Origin: an uncultured Planctomycetaceae bacterium
Lineage (GTDB): Bacteria; Planctomycetota; Planctomycetia; Pirellulales; PALSA-1355
Direction of reading: 5' to 3'
NCBI GenBank assembly: GCA_963785305.1
Contig: CAWAUV010000007.1
Coordinates: 64,001 to 128,000 of the forward strand
DNA length: 64,000 nt
Shown: positions 22,637 to 32,437 of the stretch, piece after piece
Position numbering within the stretch: position 1 is the first letter of the stretch
How the letters are laid out: the number at the start of each line of letters is the position of its first letter
The notes under the pieces: model-generated
Seen by the model: the letters and a program-made list of their open reading frames with translations, nothing else
Told to the model about the DNA's origin: nothing
The model's database searches: none
Made by a program: the position numbers and the translations under genes

Positions 22637-25309
22637 ATGAGCTTCGATCCCCAAGATCCGAAATGGACCGCGTATGTCGTGGGCGAACTGGACGCCGCCG
22701 AGCGATCCGCGTTCGAACATGAAATGCAAGGCTCGCCCGACGCCGAGCGTTGGGTGGCGGAACTTCGCGCGGCGGCCGAGCGACTCGAGCGCGAGCTACG
22801 CGCCGAGCCCTCGCCAGGCCTTTCGATCGAGCAGCGCGCGGCGCTGCTGGCGAATTCGCCCGCTGTCACATCGCGGGTCGGTGATAGTCCTCTCGATGGC
22901 GATCACGGGACGGATCTCGGTTGGACGGGTCGCCGCTGGATGGGGCGCCGCTGGACGGGGCGCCGTTTGACGGCCATCGCGGCGATCGCGGCGATCGCGG
23001 CGACGTTGTTGCTCGCCGCGGGGCTCTATTTGCCAGCCCTTCAAAGCGCCAAGGAACATGGCCACCGCATCGCGCAAGCGGACTCCAAGCCCGGCGCCGG
23101 GCCGAGACGAGCGGTGGATAAACTCGAGCAACGAGGTCGAGCGGCTGGGAACCTTGAAGCCGTTGGGGCGGCCGACGCCCCGATGGAACGCTCCGAACTA
23201 CGCGCGGAAACAATGAGCGCTTCGCCAACCGCCGCGGTTCCGGAAATCGAACAACAGGACGAAGCAAAGGCCGAGAGCAATGTGCGCCTGCATTTTTCGC
23301 CCGAGAAAGCCAAGAAAGACGCCGCGGGATCGGGCGGGCATTCCGTGGATGGCATGGAAGAATTGTCCGCGCAAACAAGTCCAAAAGAGTCCGATGTAGC
23401 TCTTGATGGCGCCCCGTCGCGGTTGCCGGCCCCCGAAACCTTCTATGGGCGACCAGCGAATCTGGATAGCGTGAACGACGAGCCGTTCGTCGAAGCCGCC
23501 GCCGGCGCCGCGAGCGTGCCGCGCCCGTTGCATCAGGCGCAGGGGATCGCGGCCGGCAAGCAATCGCATCCCGCGCCCGCCGCTCCCGGCGCCATGATGG
23601 CGCCAAATGGCGACGACGCTTCGAATCTTCAGACCACGCACAGCCCGGCTTCGCCGACCGACCGTTTTGCTTTCGCGCCCTCGTCGCGGGCTCGGAACCT
23701 GGAAAACGCCGCCGCGAGCAAAGCGCCCTTCGGCGCAGTCGGGGGATCGGGTCAAGGGCTCGGCCTCTCCGGAGCCAATGCCGATGCCGGCCAAATGACG
23801 ACTCGCAATCACCCCGCTCCCGAGCAGCCCAATACCGAAGCCTACGATCCAATCACGGACAACGCCTTCCTCCCCGTGGCCCAACAGCCGCTTTCGACCT
23901 TTTCGGTCGATGTCGACACGGCGTCGTACTCGATCGTGCGCCGCTTCCTGTTGCAAGACCATCAATTGCCGCCCCGCTCAGCGGTGCGAATCGAGGAGTT
24001 GCTCAACTATTTCCCCTATCACTACGCTCCTCCCACGGACAATGTCCCCTTCGCCGTGCATGCCGAGGTCTCGGCCTGCCCCTGGAATAGCGCGCATCGC
24101 CTGCTGCGAGTCGGTCTCAAGGGGCGCGAGATCGCGGCCGACAAGCGGCCGACCAGCAATCTCGTGTTCTTGCTTGATGTGTCCGGCTCGATGGATGATT
24201 ATCGCAAGCTGCCCCTCGTGAAAGAGTCGCTGCGAATGTTGGTGCGGCAACTCGGCGAAAACGACCGCGTGGCGATCGTGGTCTATGCCGGCAGCTCGGG
24301 CCTTGTGCTTCCCAGCACTACCGGCGATCAGAAAGCCAAGATTCTCGCCGCGCTCGATCAGCTCCATGCCGGCGGCTCGACCAACGGCGGCGAAGGCATT
24401 CAACTGGCTTACGATATCGCCTCCGGGGCCTTCATCAAAGGCGGCGTCAATCGCGTGATTCTCGCCACCGATGGCGATTTCAATGTCGGCGTCACGAATC
24501 ACGACGACCTCATTCGCCTCATCCAGGAAAAAGCCAAGAGCGGCGTGTTCCTCACCACGCTCGGCTTCGGCATGGGCAACCTCAAGGACAACACGCTCGA
24601 ACAACTGGCCGACAAAGGCAACGGCGCTTACGCCTATATCGACAACCTGCGCGAGGCTCGCAAGGTGTTCGTCGAGCAAGCCTCCGGCACGCTCGTCACG
24701 ATCGCCAAGGATGTGAAACTCCAGCTGGAATTCAACCCGGGCCAGGTGGCCGAATATCGCCTGATCGGCTATGAAAACCGCGCCCTCAAGAAAGAGGATT
24801 TCAACAACGACAAGGTCGACGCCGGCGATATCGGCGCGGGCCACACCGTGACGGCGCTCTATGAGCTCGTGCCCGCCAAGCACGCCGCGGCGGCCGAGAC
24901 CGAATCGCGCGAAGCGCCGCCCGCGGAAACCTTGCCGACGAACACTCCGAATGTCGATCCGCTCAAGTATTCGCGGCCAGCCGCGCTTGTGCCCGCCCCG
25001 GCGGCGGCGAGCGACGACCTGCTCACGCTCAAGCTCCGCTACAAGCAGCCGCAAGATAGCGAAAGCCGGCTTATCGAGCAGGTGATCAAAGACCCGGGCC
25101 AAGGCCAAGCGGCGGCGAGCGAGGATTTCAAATTCGCTTCGTCGGTGGCGCTCTTCGGCATGTTGCTTCGAGAATCGCCGTATCGCGGCCAAGGCACATG
25201 GAGCCAAACGCTCGAACTGGCCCAAGACAGCCAGGGCGCCGACGAAGGCGGCTACCGGAGCGAGTTTCTCGACATGATCCGCGCGGCCACGCAGCTCAAG
25301 GGCCAGTGA
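22637..25309 (+). CDS. Anti-sigma-like N-terminus + TM + VWA domain protein (YfbK-like)
   Basis: TAYVVGELDAAERSAFE, TM helix, STFSVDVDTASY, MIDAS DVSGSM, LATDGDFNVG, YRLIGYENR. Confidence 0.9.
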   Translation: MSFDPQDPKWTAYVVGELDAAERSAFEHEMQGSPDAERWVAELRAAAERLERELRAEPSPGLSIEQRAALLANSPAVTSRVGDSPLDGDHGTDLGWTGRRWMGRRWTGRRLTAIAAIAAIAATLLLAAGLYLPALQSAKEHGHRIAQADSKPGAGPRRAVDKLEQRGRAAGNLEAVGAADAPMERSELRAETMSASPTAAVPEIEQQDEAKAESNVRLHFSPEKAKKDAAGSGGHSVDGMEELSAQTSPKESDVALDGAPSRLPAPETFYGRPANLDSVNDEPFVEAAAGAASVPRPLHQAQGIAAGKQSHPAPAAPGAMMAPNGDDASNLQTTHSPASPTDRFAFAPSSRARNLENAAASKAPFGAVGGSGQGLGLSGANADAGQMTTRNHPAPEQPNTEAYDPITDNAFLPVAQQPLSTFSVDVDTASYSIVRRFLLQDHQLPPRSAVRIEELLNYFPYHYAPPTDNVPFAVHAEVSACPWNSAHRLLRVGLKGREIAADKRPTSNLVFLLDVSGSMDDYRKLPLVKESLRMLVRQLGENDRVAIVVYAGSSGLVLPSTTGDQKAKILAALDQLHAGGSTNGGEGIQLAYDIASGAFIKGGVNRVILATDGDFNVGVTNHDDLIRLIQEKAKSGVFLTTLGFGMGNLKDNTLEQLADKGNGAYAYIDNLREARKVFVEQASGTLVTIAKDVKLQLEFNPGQVAEYRLIGYENRALKKEDFNNDKVDAGDIGAGHTVTALYELVPAKHAAAAETESREAPPAETLPTNTPNVDPLKYSRPAALVPAPAAASDDLLTLKLRYKQPQDSESRLIEQVIKDPGQGQAAASEDFKFASSVALFGMLLRESPYRGQGTWSQTLELAQDSQGADEGGYRSEFLDMIRAATQLKGQ

Positions 25310-25344
25310 AGAGCCGAGCAACATGCACACGCCCGACGCCACTG

Positions 25345-25373
25345 ACAGCCTGTTGGATGTTTCAACAGGCTGT
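25345..25373. repeat. Short palindrome between convergent genes (bidirectional terminator or IS-end relic)
   Basis: ACAGCCTGTTGGA-TGT-TTCAACAGGCTGT. Confidence 0.6.
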
Positions 25374-26078
25374 TCAGTGCATGATCTCGACATTCGAGTA
25401 GGTTCGCCGCAGCTTCCAGGCGCCGAGCCAGCCGAGCTCGACATCTTGAATGTCGAGTGTGCGCAAGGCCGGCAGCGAGCCGAGCACTTCGAGTCCCTCG
25501 ACCGTGATTTGCGTGCTTCGTAGATTCAAATGCCGCAGGGCCCCAAACGCCATCAGCCGGGCCAGTCCGCGATCGGTAATCGCGCTCGACGAAAGATCGA
25601 GCGTGTGGAGCGAAGTGAGCAGTTCGCGATGATCGGCCAGGAGATCGATCACTTCGTCGTCGAATTTCGGGCCGGTCATGTGCAGCCCGACGATCTGATC
25701 GAGCAATTGGGCGAAATCGGCGCCCACGCTTTCGACCATCCAATCGATGCGTTCGAAATCGACCCGCGCTTTGCGCTCGGCGAGACTGGCCAGCAGGGCC
25801 TCTTGCTCCATGAATCGATCGACCTGCGCGGCCAGCCAGCGGCGCCGGCCGGAGCGAAAGTGGGCATATTCGATCGCTTGGCGGTAGGCTTCGTCGAGCA
25901 GCTTGAAGGCTTCTTCGCTGCCGCCGTGATCGGGGTGCGCGGTCTTCACCTTTTCTCGAAACGCATGCTCGACATCGTCGAGCGAAACCGGCACGGTGAG
26001 CCCGAGCGCGGTCAGGAAAGGTGGCGTGTGCGCGACGGTCGGGCGTGGTTCGTTCGCATTGTCGATCTCGGAGTGCAT
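25374..26078 (-). CDS. J-domain (HPD) + leucine-rich-repeat protein
   Basis: AFREKVKTAHPDHGGSEEAF; LHTLDLSSSAITDRGL and LRHLNLRSTQITVEGL LRRs. Confidence 0.8.
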   Translation of the reverse strand: MHSEIDNANEPRPTVAHTPPFLTALGLTVPVSLDDVEHAFREKVKTAHPDHGGSEEAFKLLDEAYRQAIEYAHFRSGRRRWLAAQVDRFMEQEALLASLAERKARVDFERIDWMVESVGADFAQLLDQIVGLHMTGPKFDDEVIDLLADHRELLTSLHTLDLSSSAITDRGLARLMAFGALRHLNLRSTQITVEGLEVLGSLPALRTLDIQDVELGWLGAWKLRRTYSNVEIMH

Positions 26079-26295
26079 GGGTTTTATTGTTGCATGCGAA
26101 GGCATGGCGTCACAATGGCCCCTCGGATCGAGCAAATCCGCCCCACACGCCCGGGGGCCGTGCCGAAATCGGCTCCGGGGGGCAGGGCCTCGGCCGCGAC
26201 GATCGCGTGGCCGCTGCTCTCACGATGGGAAGGGCGTGCATGATTGCTCGCCAGGCCCATGGCGAAGTGGCGTCAGAAATGCGAGCGCTTCTCCG

Positions 26296-27687
26296 CTAGC
26301 GCAGTTGCTGTTTCGGCGCGTTGCGGATTTGGCCGCCGGTGCGGCCTTGGGAATCGCGCTGGGCCATGTGGAACGGCTTGCGGGCTTCGTAGAGCGCTAA
26401 GCGTTTTTCTTGTGTCGCGCGCGAGGTTTCGGGCGCGGCGTCGATGGCCTCTTGTTGCGTGCGGATGGCGTCGTCGAATTTGCCGGCCGTGGCTTGCGCC
26501 GCCGCCAGGGTGGCCAGATAGCGATAATCCCCGCGGCCATCGATCGCCAGCGCTCGCTCGGCGGCTTCGATGGCCATGCCGCCATTGCGATACTGCTTGT
26601 CGGGGCACGTGGCCATCAGCCAAGCCACGCTCTGAAACGCGCGGCCCAGCTTGGGGTCGAACTGAATCGCGGCCTTGTAGTCGGCGGCCGCCTCGGCGTA
26701 GTACGCGGTGTCGGCATGGACATCGCCGCGATTCACGAGGGCCGCGGCATTGTGTGGATCGAGTCGCAAGGCGATGTTGAAGTCGATGATCGCTTCCTTG
26801 AAGCGGCGGAGCCGATATTGAGCGTGGCCGCGGCTGTTGTAGAGGTTCGGGTCGTTGGCCATGTTCTTCGAGGCCGTGTTGTAGTCCTCGATCGCGCCGT
26901 TGAAGTCGCCTTGCTCATAGCGCATCTCGCCCCGATTGAAATAGGCGAGACTGAAGTCGCGGTTGATCTCGACGGCGCGGGAAAAATCCTCGGCGGCCTC
27001 GGCGGTCTTGCCCATGCCGGCCAAGCTCACGCCACGATTGTGCAGCGCCCGCCACGAAGTATTGTCGAGCTCGACCGCCGCTTGAAAGTCCTCGAAGGCC
27101 GGAGTGTCCTTGCCCGCGCTGCTCAGGCACTCGCCGCGTTTGTTATAGGCCCACGCCATGAGCCGGCGGAGATAGGTAGCGCTATTGCCTTTGACTCCGG
27201 CTTGCATCGCGTCGCGGCAGAGCTCGATCGTTTCGGTGTAGTCGGCTTCTTCCGTGGCCGTGACGCTTCGCTTGTAGGCTTGCGTGAGGAGCGATTGGGC
27301 GCTGACGCCGGCGGGCGACGACTGGGCCGACACCCGGCGGGCATTCGGATCTTGCCGCATGCCGCCGTAGCCTTCGGCCGGCGCATGCAGCACAGGCGCC
27401 TGCTTACCCGATCGGCGGCGCGGCGCCGCATTGCCCGCGGGCTCGCGATTGCCTTGGCCACTCCGGGAGCCGCGATTCGCCGCGTCGACCGGCGCGAGCT
27501 CCGGCTCGTCGTCGACGGGCGCGAGTCCACCATCGTCGCCCGGGGCGCCAAGCGAGGGTCCGCCGAAGCCGGGCCCACGCGACATGGGCGCTTGGCTGTT
27601 GAGCGGATTTTGCGCGGCGGAGTTAGCCGCCAGCACGAGCGAAACAGTGAAGCCCAGAATCGACAGCGGCCACTTAGAGCGGGCCAT
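26296..27687 (-). CDS. Secreted tetratricopeptide-repeat protein
   Basis: Signal peptide MARSKWPLSILGF..ANSAA; repeated NRG..A..DF..A TPR motifs; LAWLMATCP-type C-terminus. Confidence 0.85.
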   Translation of the reverse strand: MARSKWPLSILGFTVSLVLAANSAAQNPLNSQAPMSRGPGFGGPSLGAPGDDGGLAPVDDEPELAPVDAANRGSRSGQGNREPAGNAAPRRRSGKQAPVLHAPAEGYGGMRQDPNARRVSAQSSPAGVSAQSLLTQAYKRSVTATEEADYTETIELCRDAMQAGVKGNSATYLRRLMAWAYNKRGECLSSAGKDTPAFEDFQAAVELDNTSWRALHNRGVSLAGMGKTAEAAEDFSRAVEINRDFSLAYFNRGEMRYEQGDFNGAIEDYNTASKNMANDPNLYNSRGHAQYRLRRFKEAIIDFNIALRLDPHNAAALVNRGDVHADTAYYAEAAADYKAAIQFDPKLGRAFQSVAWLMATCPDKQYRNGGMAIEAAERALAIDGRGDYRYLATLAAAQATAGKFDDAIRTQQEAIDAAPETSRATQEKRLALYEARKPFHMAQRDSQGRTGGQIRNAPKQQLR

Positions 27688-27880
27688 GACAGGTTCCTCC
27701 ATGAACAGGTGTTGCGAAGTGTGTTTACCGGCGGAGTCGGGCGCCGGTCTCATCGCGCCGCGACAATCCATGTCGCGGGCGCGATCGCTCATTTTTGGGC
27801 CGCGGGCAGGGTGTCGTTCGAAACAAATCCCTTTGGCCTACGCTCTCCCCAGGGGAGAGAGATTTGGGCACGCCGCGCGG

Positions 27881-29307
27881 TCATTCATGCGGTTCGGTCA
27901 TGCTCCAAGGGTCGAGGGCGGCTTTTAAGGTCGCCTCGGGCAGTAGTTTCTTTTCTTGGCAGAGCTCACGAATCGTCTTGCCGGATTTGAACGCTTCCTT
28001 GGCCAGGGCCGCCGCCCTCTCATAGCCGATATGCGGGTTCAGGCTCGTGACCATCGACAGGCTTTTTTCGACCGACGCCTCGCAGGCCTCGCGATTGGCC
28101 TCCATCTCGGCGGCGCAGAAATCGACGAACGCGGTGACGCCGCCGGTGAGAATCGCGATGCTTTCGAGCGCGGCGTGGCCCATCATCGGCATCATGATAT
28201 TGAGCTGAAACTGTCCGCCGGCGGCGCCCGCCACGGCGATTCCCTGATCGTTGCCCATCACGCGCGCCGCCACTTGCATCAGGCTCTCGCACATCACCGG
28301 ATTCACTTTGCCGGGCATAATCGAACTGCCGGGCTGTTTCTCGGGAAGCTTGAGCTCATGAAACGCGCAGCGCGGGCCCGAGCCGAGCCAGCGAATGTTG
28401 TTGGCCACGTTGAACAGAGTCGAGGCGATGGCCCGCAGTTGGCCGTGGCATTCGACGAGCCCATCGCGCTGGGCATTGGCCTCGAAATGATTTTCGGCTT
28501 CGACAAAGTCCACCCCGGTGTCGGCCGCGAGCGCCGCCGCCACGCGCCGTCCAAACTCGGGATGGGTGTTGATGCCTGTGCCGACCGCGGTGCCACCGGC
28601 GGGCAGTTCATGCACCGCGGCTTGCGCCGCGCGGCGCGTTCGATGGAAAGGCGAATCTGACGCGCCCAGCCGCCGACCTCTTGCCCCAGCCGTAGCGGAG
28701 TGGCGTCGGCCAGGTGCGTGCGGCCGATCTTGATGATTTTGTCCCACTCGGCCGCTTTGACTTCGAGCGTGTCGGCCAGGCGCTCGAGCGCCGGAATCAA
28801 CTCGCGGTGAATCGCCAGCGCCACGGCCACATGGATCGCCGTGGGGAACATGTCGTTGGTGCTTTGACCCATGTTCACGTGGTCGTTCGGATGGATCGGC
28901 TTTTCCTTGGCGAAGCGATCTCCACCCAGGAGCTCGATGGCCCGATTCGAGATCACTTCGTTGGCGTTCATGTTGCTCGAAGTGCCCGAGCCGGTTTGAA
29001 ACACATCGATCGGGAACTCTTGGTCGAACTTTCCATCGGCCACTTCACGCGCCGCGGCGAGCAGGGCCTCGATCCGCGCGGGATCGAGCCGATTCTTGCC
29101 GGTCTTGGCGAGCTTGCCCAAGTCGCGATTGGCAATGGCGGCGGCGTATTTCACGAGGCCGAGCGCATGGATCAGCCGCGGGGGCAGCGGCCAGCCCGAG
29201 ACTGGAAAGTTTTCGATGGCTCGCTGGGTGGTCGCTCCGTAGTAGGCAGCGGCCGGCACGGAGACATCGCCCATCGAGTCGTGTTCGACGCGAAATTCGC
29301 TCTGCAT
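27881..29307 (-). CDS. fumC: Class II fumarate hydratase (frameshift near 28630)
   Basis: [41 protein letters not shown]. Confidence 0.95.
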
Positions 29308-29498
29308 CGTGAATCTCGGAAAAAGGAAATTCGCCTCGCGCCGCGCGCGAGAAGGCGCGGCCCGCGGGGGCGGCGGCGACAGTGTGTTTGGGACCGGTTC
29401 CGCCGCGTATGATACCGACGGCCTGGGATTTCAAAAAGGCCGACCCGAATTATTGACATTGCGTTTGCCCGCGACGCGGGGTTACTTTTGCGTCGCCA

Positions 29499-29793
29499 TG
29501 AGACGCTTCGCCGCAATTCTAGTGCTGGCGCCGATTTACGCCGTGGGCTGGCGCAGCCAAACGCCGCGCTTTCCGATTCCGCGCCCTCGGCGGCCGACAC
29601 GGTCACGCGTCTGCCGCCGGTCGATGGCGGCCCCGCGGCCGACTTCGCCGCCGAGCGCCCGGCCGATTGCGGCCCGCCGCGGCCTCCGACCTGGAGCGAA
29701 CGCTGGATGGCGTTTGTGAATCGCCACCGCGAGCGCGAGGCGACCAACGCGGCAAGAATGAAACCCTCGGTCGCTGGGCCGGGCGGCGATTGA
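29499..29793 (+). CDS. Putative small lipoprotein (requires one indel near 29550)
   Basis: MRRFAAILVLAPIYAVG signal-like start joins the frame of AQPNAALSD..; weak. Confidence 0.3.
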
Positions 29794-30010
29794 TCTCCGG
29801 CTCCGCGGGGCGCGTTGAAGCTCCGCGAGGCGCCTCGCTTTTCTTTTGCCCGCCAAGCACAATGGTGGCGAGGCTCGGCGCCGACGAATCGCCCCCGCGA
29901 ATTCCCGGTCGGCCCCGGTGCTCGTCGTGCGGTTTTTGGTCGGATCGAGAAGAGAAATCGCGAGCGCGTCGCGGCAATGGCACTGGCGCGACAGAACTTA
30001 CCGGAGCGAT

Positions 30011-31061
30011 ATGCAAGGCTCGCTTAGAACCGTCTTCCGGGGACTCGCTTTTTTCGTCCTCACCTGGGCGATCGCGATCATCGGCTACCGAGTCGCCGGC
30101 TGGGGACTGCTCGAATCCGCATACATGACCACGATCACGATCTTCGGCGTCGGGTTCGGCGAAATGGGCGAAATGACGCCGCGGCTCCGCGTGTTCACCA
30201 TGTGCGTGATCGTCGCCGGCTGCTCGTCGACCGCCTATGTTATCGGCGGATTCGTGCAAATGCTCGCCGAAGGACAGATCAACCGCGTGCTCGGCGCGCG
30301 ACGCATGACCAAAGGCATCCATCTGCTCTCGGGCCACACCTTGCTCTGCGGCTATGGTCGCGTCGGCAAGCAACTCGCCAAGGAGCTGCGAGCGTTTGGC
30401 CAAAAGTTCGTGATCATCGATTCCGGCATCGAAGCGCTGCGCGAAGCCGAGGCCGAAGGCTATTGGGTGCTCGTGGGCGATTGCACCCAGGAAGCGGTGC
30501 TCGAGCGAGCCGGAATCGCGCGGGCTCGGGCCGTGGCCAGCGTGCTCTCCGACGACGCGCTCAATGTGTTTCTCACGCTCACGGCCCGAGAATTGAACCC
30601 AAACGTGCAGATCATCGCCCGAGCCGAAAATCGCGCGACGGAAAAGAAATTGCTGCGATCGGGCGCTGACCGCATCGTGCTGCCCACGGCGATCGGCGCC
30701 GCCAAGATCGCGAGCCTCGTCGCTCGGCCGGCTGGCAAAGATCTGCTAAACGACCCATCTGGCCGCGATCTCTTGAATTCGGAATTCGAATCGCTGGGCG
30801 TGCGGCTTTGGGAACAACCGGTCGAATCCGGCAGCCGCTTGGCTGGCGCCGACGCTTGCGCGGATCGAGCGCGAGAGCAAGGAAGGTTATGTGATCGTGG
30901 CGATTCGTCGCGCGGGCGCGATGCTACTCCGCCCGAGCCCCGACGCGCGGCTCGATCCCGGCGACACATTGCTGGTGTTATCGCATCCGCCGCGCGACGA
31001 TGAGCCGCGGTTTCGCGTCAAGCAATCGACGGGCGCCATGCACCGCGGTCACGCGCGTTAA
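30011..31061 (+). CDS. Potassium channel with TrkA-N/TrkA-C (RCK) domains (frameshift near 30850)
   Basis: TITIFGVGFGE pore-like motif, CGYGRVG Rossmann fold, TARELNPNVQIIAR. Confidence 0.9.
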
Positions 31062-31092
31062 TCGCCGGCAGGGCTCGCCGACCCCGAAGTCA

Positions 31093-31425
31093 TTAAGCGA
31101 TCTCTTCGTCCGCCGACGCCATTTCGGACATGGGCGACGACGCTGGGCGGGAGCCTTTTCGCCGGCCCGACTTGCTGGCGCTCCACTCCTTGGTGAGTGT
31201 TTCGAATACTTCGGGCGATTCGTAGCGGATGATGTTCTTGCCTTCGGGCATCGGGCCAATCAGGCCGCGAAAGACCGGCAGACCGCGGAGTCCGAGATCG
31301 GTGCTGCAATCATCGACGCCGATCTGCGTGTGCAGTCGAGTGAGCGACTCTTGCTTGTTGTAGTCGCGAATGTGCAATTTTCCGTCGGCGCCGCGTGTCA
31401 CCACGCGGAAAGTGTCTTTGCTCAT
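31093..31425 (-). CDS. Small hypothetical protein
   Basis: Clean 110-aa ORF with normal composition (IGVDDCSTDLGLRG, IIRYESPEVFE). Confidence 0.65.
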   Translation of the reverse strand: MSKDTFRVVTRGADGKLHIRDYNKQESLTRLHTQIGVDDCSTDLGLRGLPVFRGLIGPMPEGKNIIRYESPEVFETLTKEWSASKSGRRKGSRPASSPMSEMASADEEIA

Positions 31426-31805
31426 GATCAGCGGTTCTCGATGGATGTCGAAAAGGTTCGATTAGAACGCCCGTCGGGGCTGGTCCGACCCGAAACTTCG
31501 GGGTCGGCGCACGAGACTGGGCCGCGAGGGGCGGCGCTAGGGTCTCGCTGTCTCATCCATGAGGCAACAACGGCGGGGACTTTCTTGGCGTCCCCGCGCC
31601 CGCTTGGCATCCATCGACCGCCACACGGGGCCGGCGCCACGGTTTTTGCCTATCACGGCAAATCGGGCCAGCGCGGCGAATTCGGCTTAAGCCGCCTTCG
31701 CGTCATAAATGCGAAAAAGCGACTTTTCCTCGGCCGCGATTGGGGCCTTTGCGCGCTCCAGCGCGCGGAATCAGCAAGAACCGGTCGCCGCGCGAAATGG
31801 ACCGC

Positions 31806-32088
31806 TTACCGGAGCGGTCCCGTGGTCGGATAGGCGACATCCACCAAGTTGATCACCTGTTCGACGCCATCGACTTTCTCGACTTGCGTTTGCACGGTTT
31901 GCTTCAAATAGAAGCTTGGCACCCGGCCGCGGAGCGTGACCGCGCCCTCGTGGCAGGCGCATTGAATCGCGCAAGTAATAATAAGGACTTTCCCGCAACC
32001 GCTTCTGAACGCGCTCCAACAGCGTATCCACCATGACCGGCAGCGGCCTCTCCACCGCGACCGGCGCCGACGTAAGCGACAACCCCAT
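31806..32088 (-). CDS. BON-domain protein (frameshift near 31968)
   Basis: EGAVTLRGRVPSFYLKQTVQ..VDGVEQVINLVDV. Confidence 0.8.
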
Positions 32089-32194
32089 TCCACAATCTCC
32101 TGGTCGAGCGTCTGGACTGAACAAGCAACTCCCTTAAGTCCGCTTGACCGCTCTTCCGCCTGGAGCAGACCGGCATGACGAGTTTTCATGATTA

Positions 32195-32209
32195 GCACAT
32201 CTTATGCCC
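32195..32209 (-). promoter_or_regulatory. Possible sigma54 -24/-12 promoter for the BON gene
   Basis: GGGCATAAGATGTGC has GG-N10-GC spacing on the minus strand. Confidence 0.4.
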
Positions 32210-32398
32210 TCGGCATAAAATTAAATTCCCCGCGATCCTTGAAAGCCGCCGAGGCCCGGAATCCGCCGAGCAGTCGCAACTTACGGCCGACGACGGTCCG
32301 AGATTGCCGATTCACATTCAAGGCCCGAACCGAGCTAGAATTGTCGATCCGCTGGGCAGCAGGCGCCCGAGCTTGCGGCAAATTCCGACAATGCCGAC

Positions 32399-32433
32399 CT
32401 AGCAGGCTGTTGAAATATTCAATAGCCTGCTAG
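32399..32433. repeat. Short palindrome flanked by CTAG
   Basis: CTAGCAGGCTGTTGAA-ATA-TTCAATAGCCTGCTAG right after the PBP2 stop. Confidence 0.65.
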
Positions 32434-32437
32434 CGAA

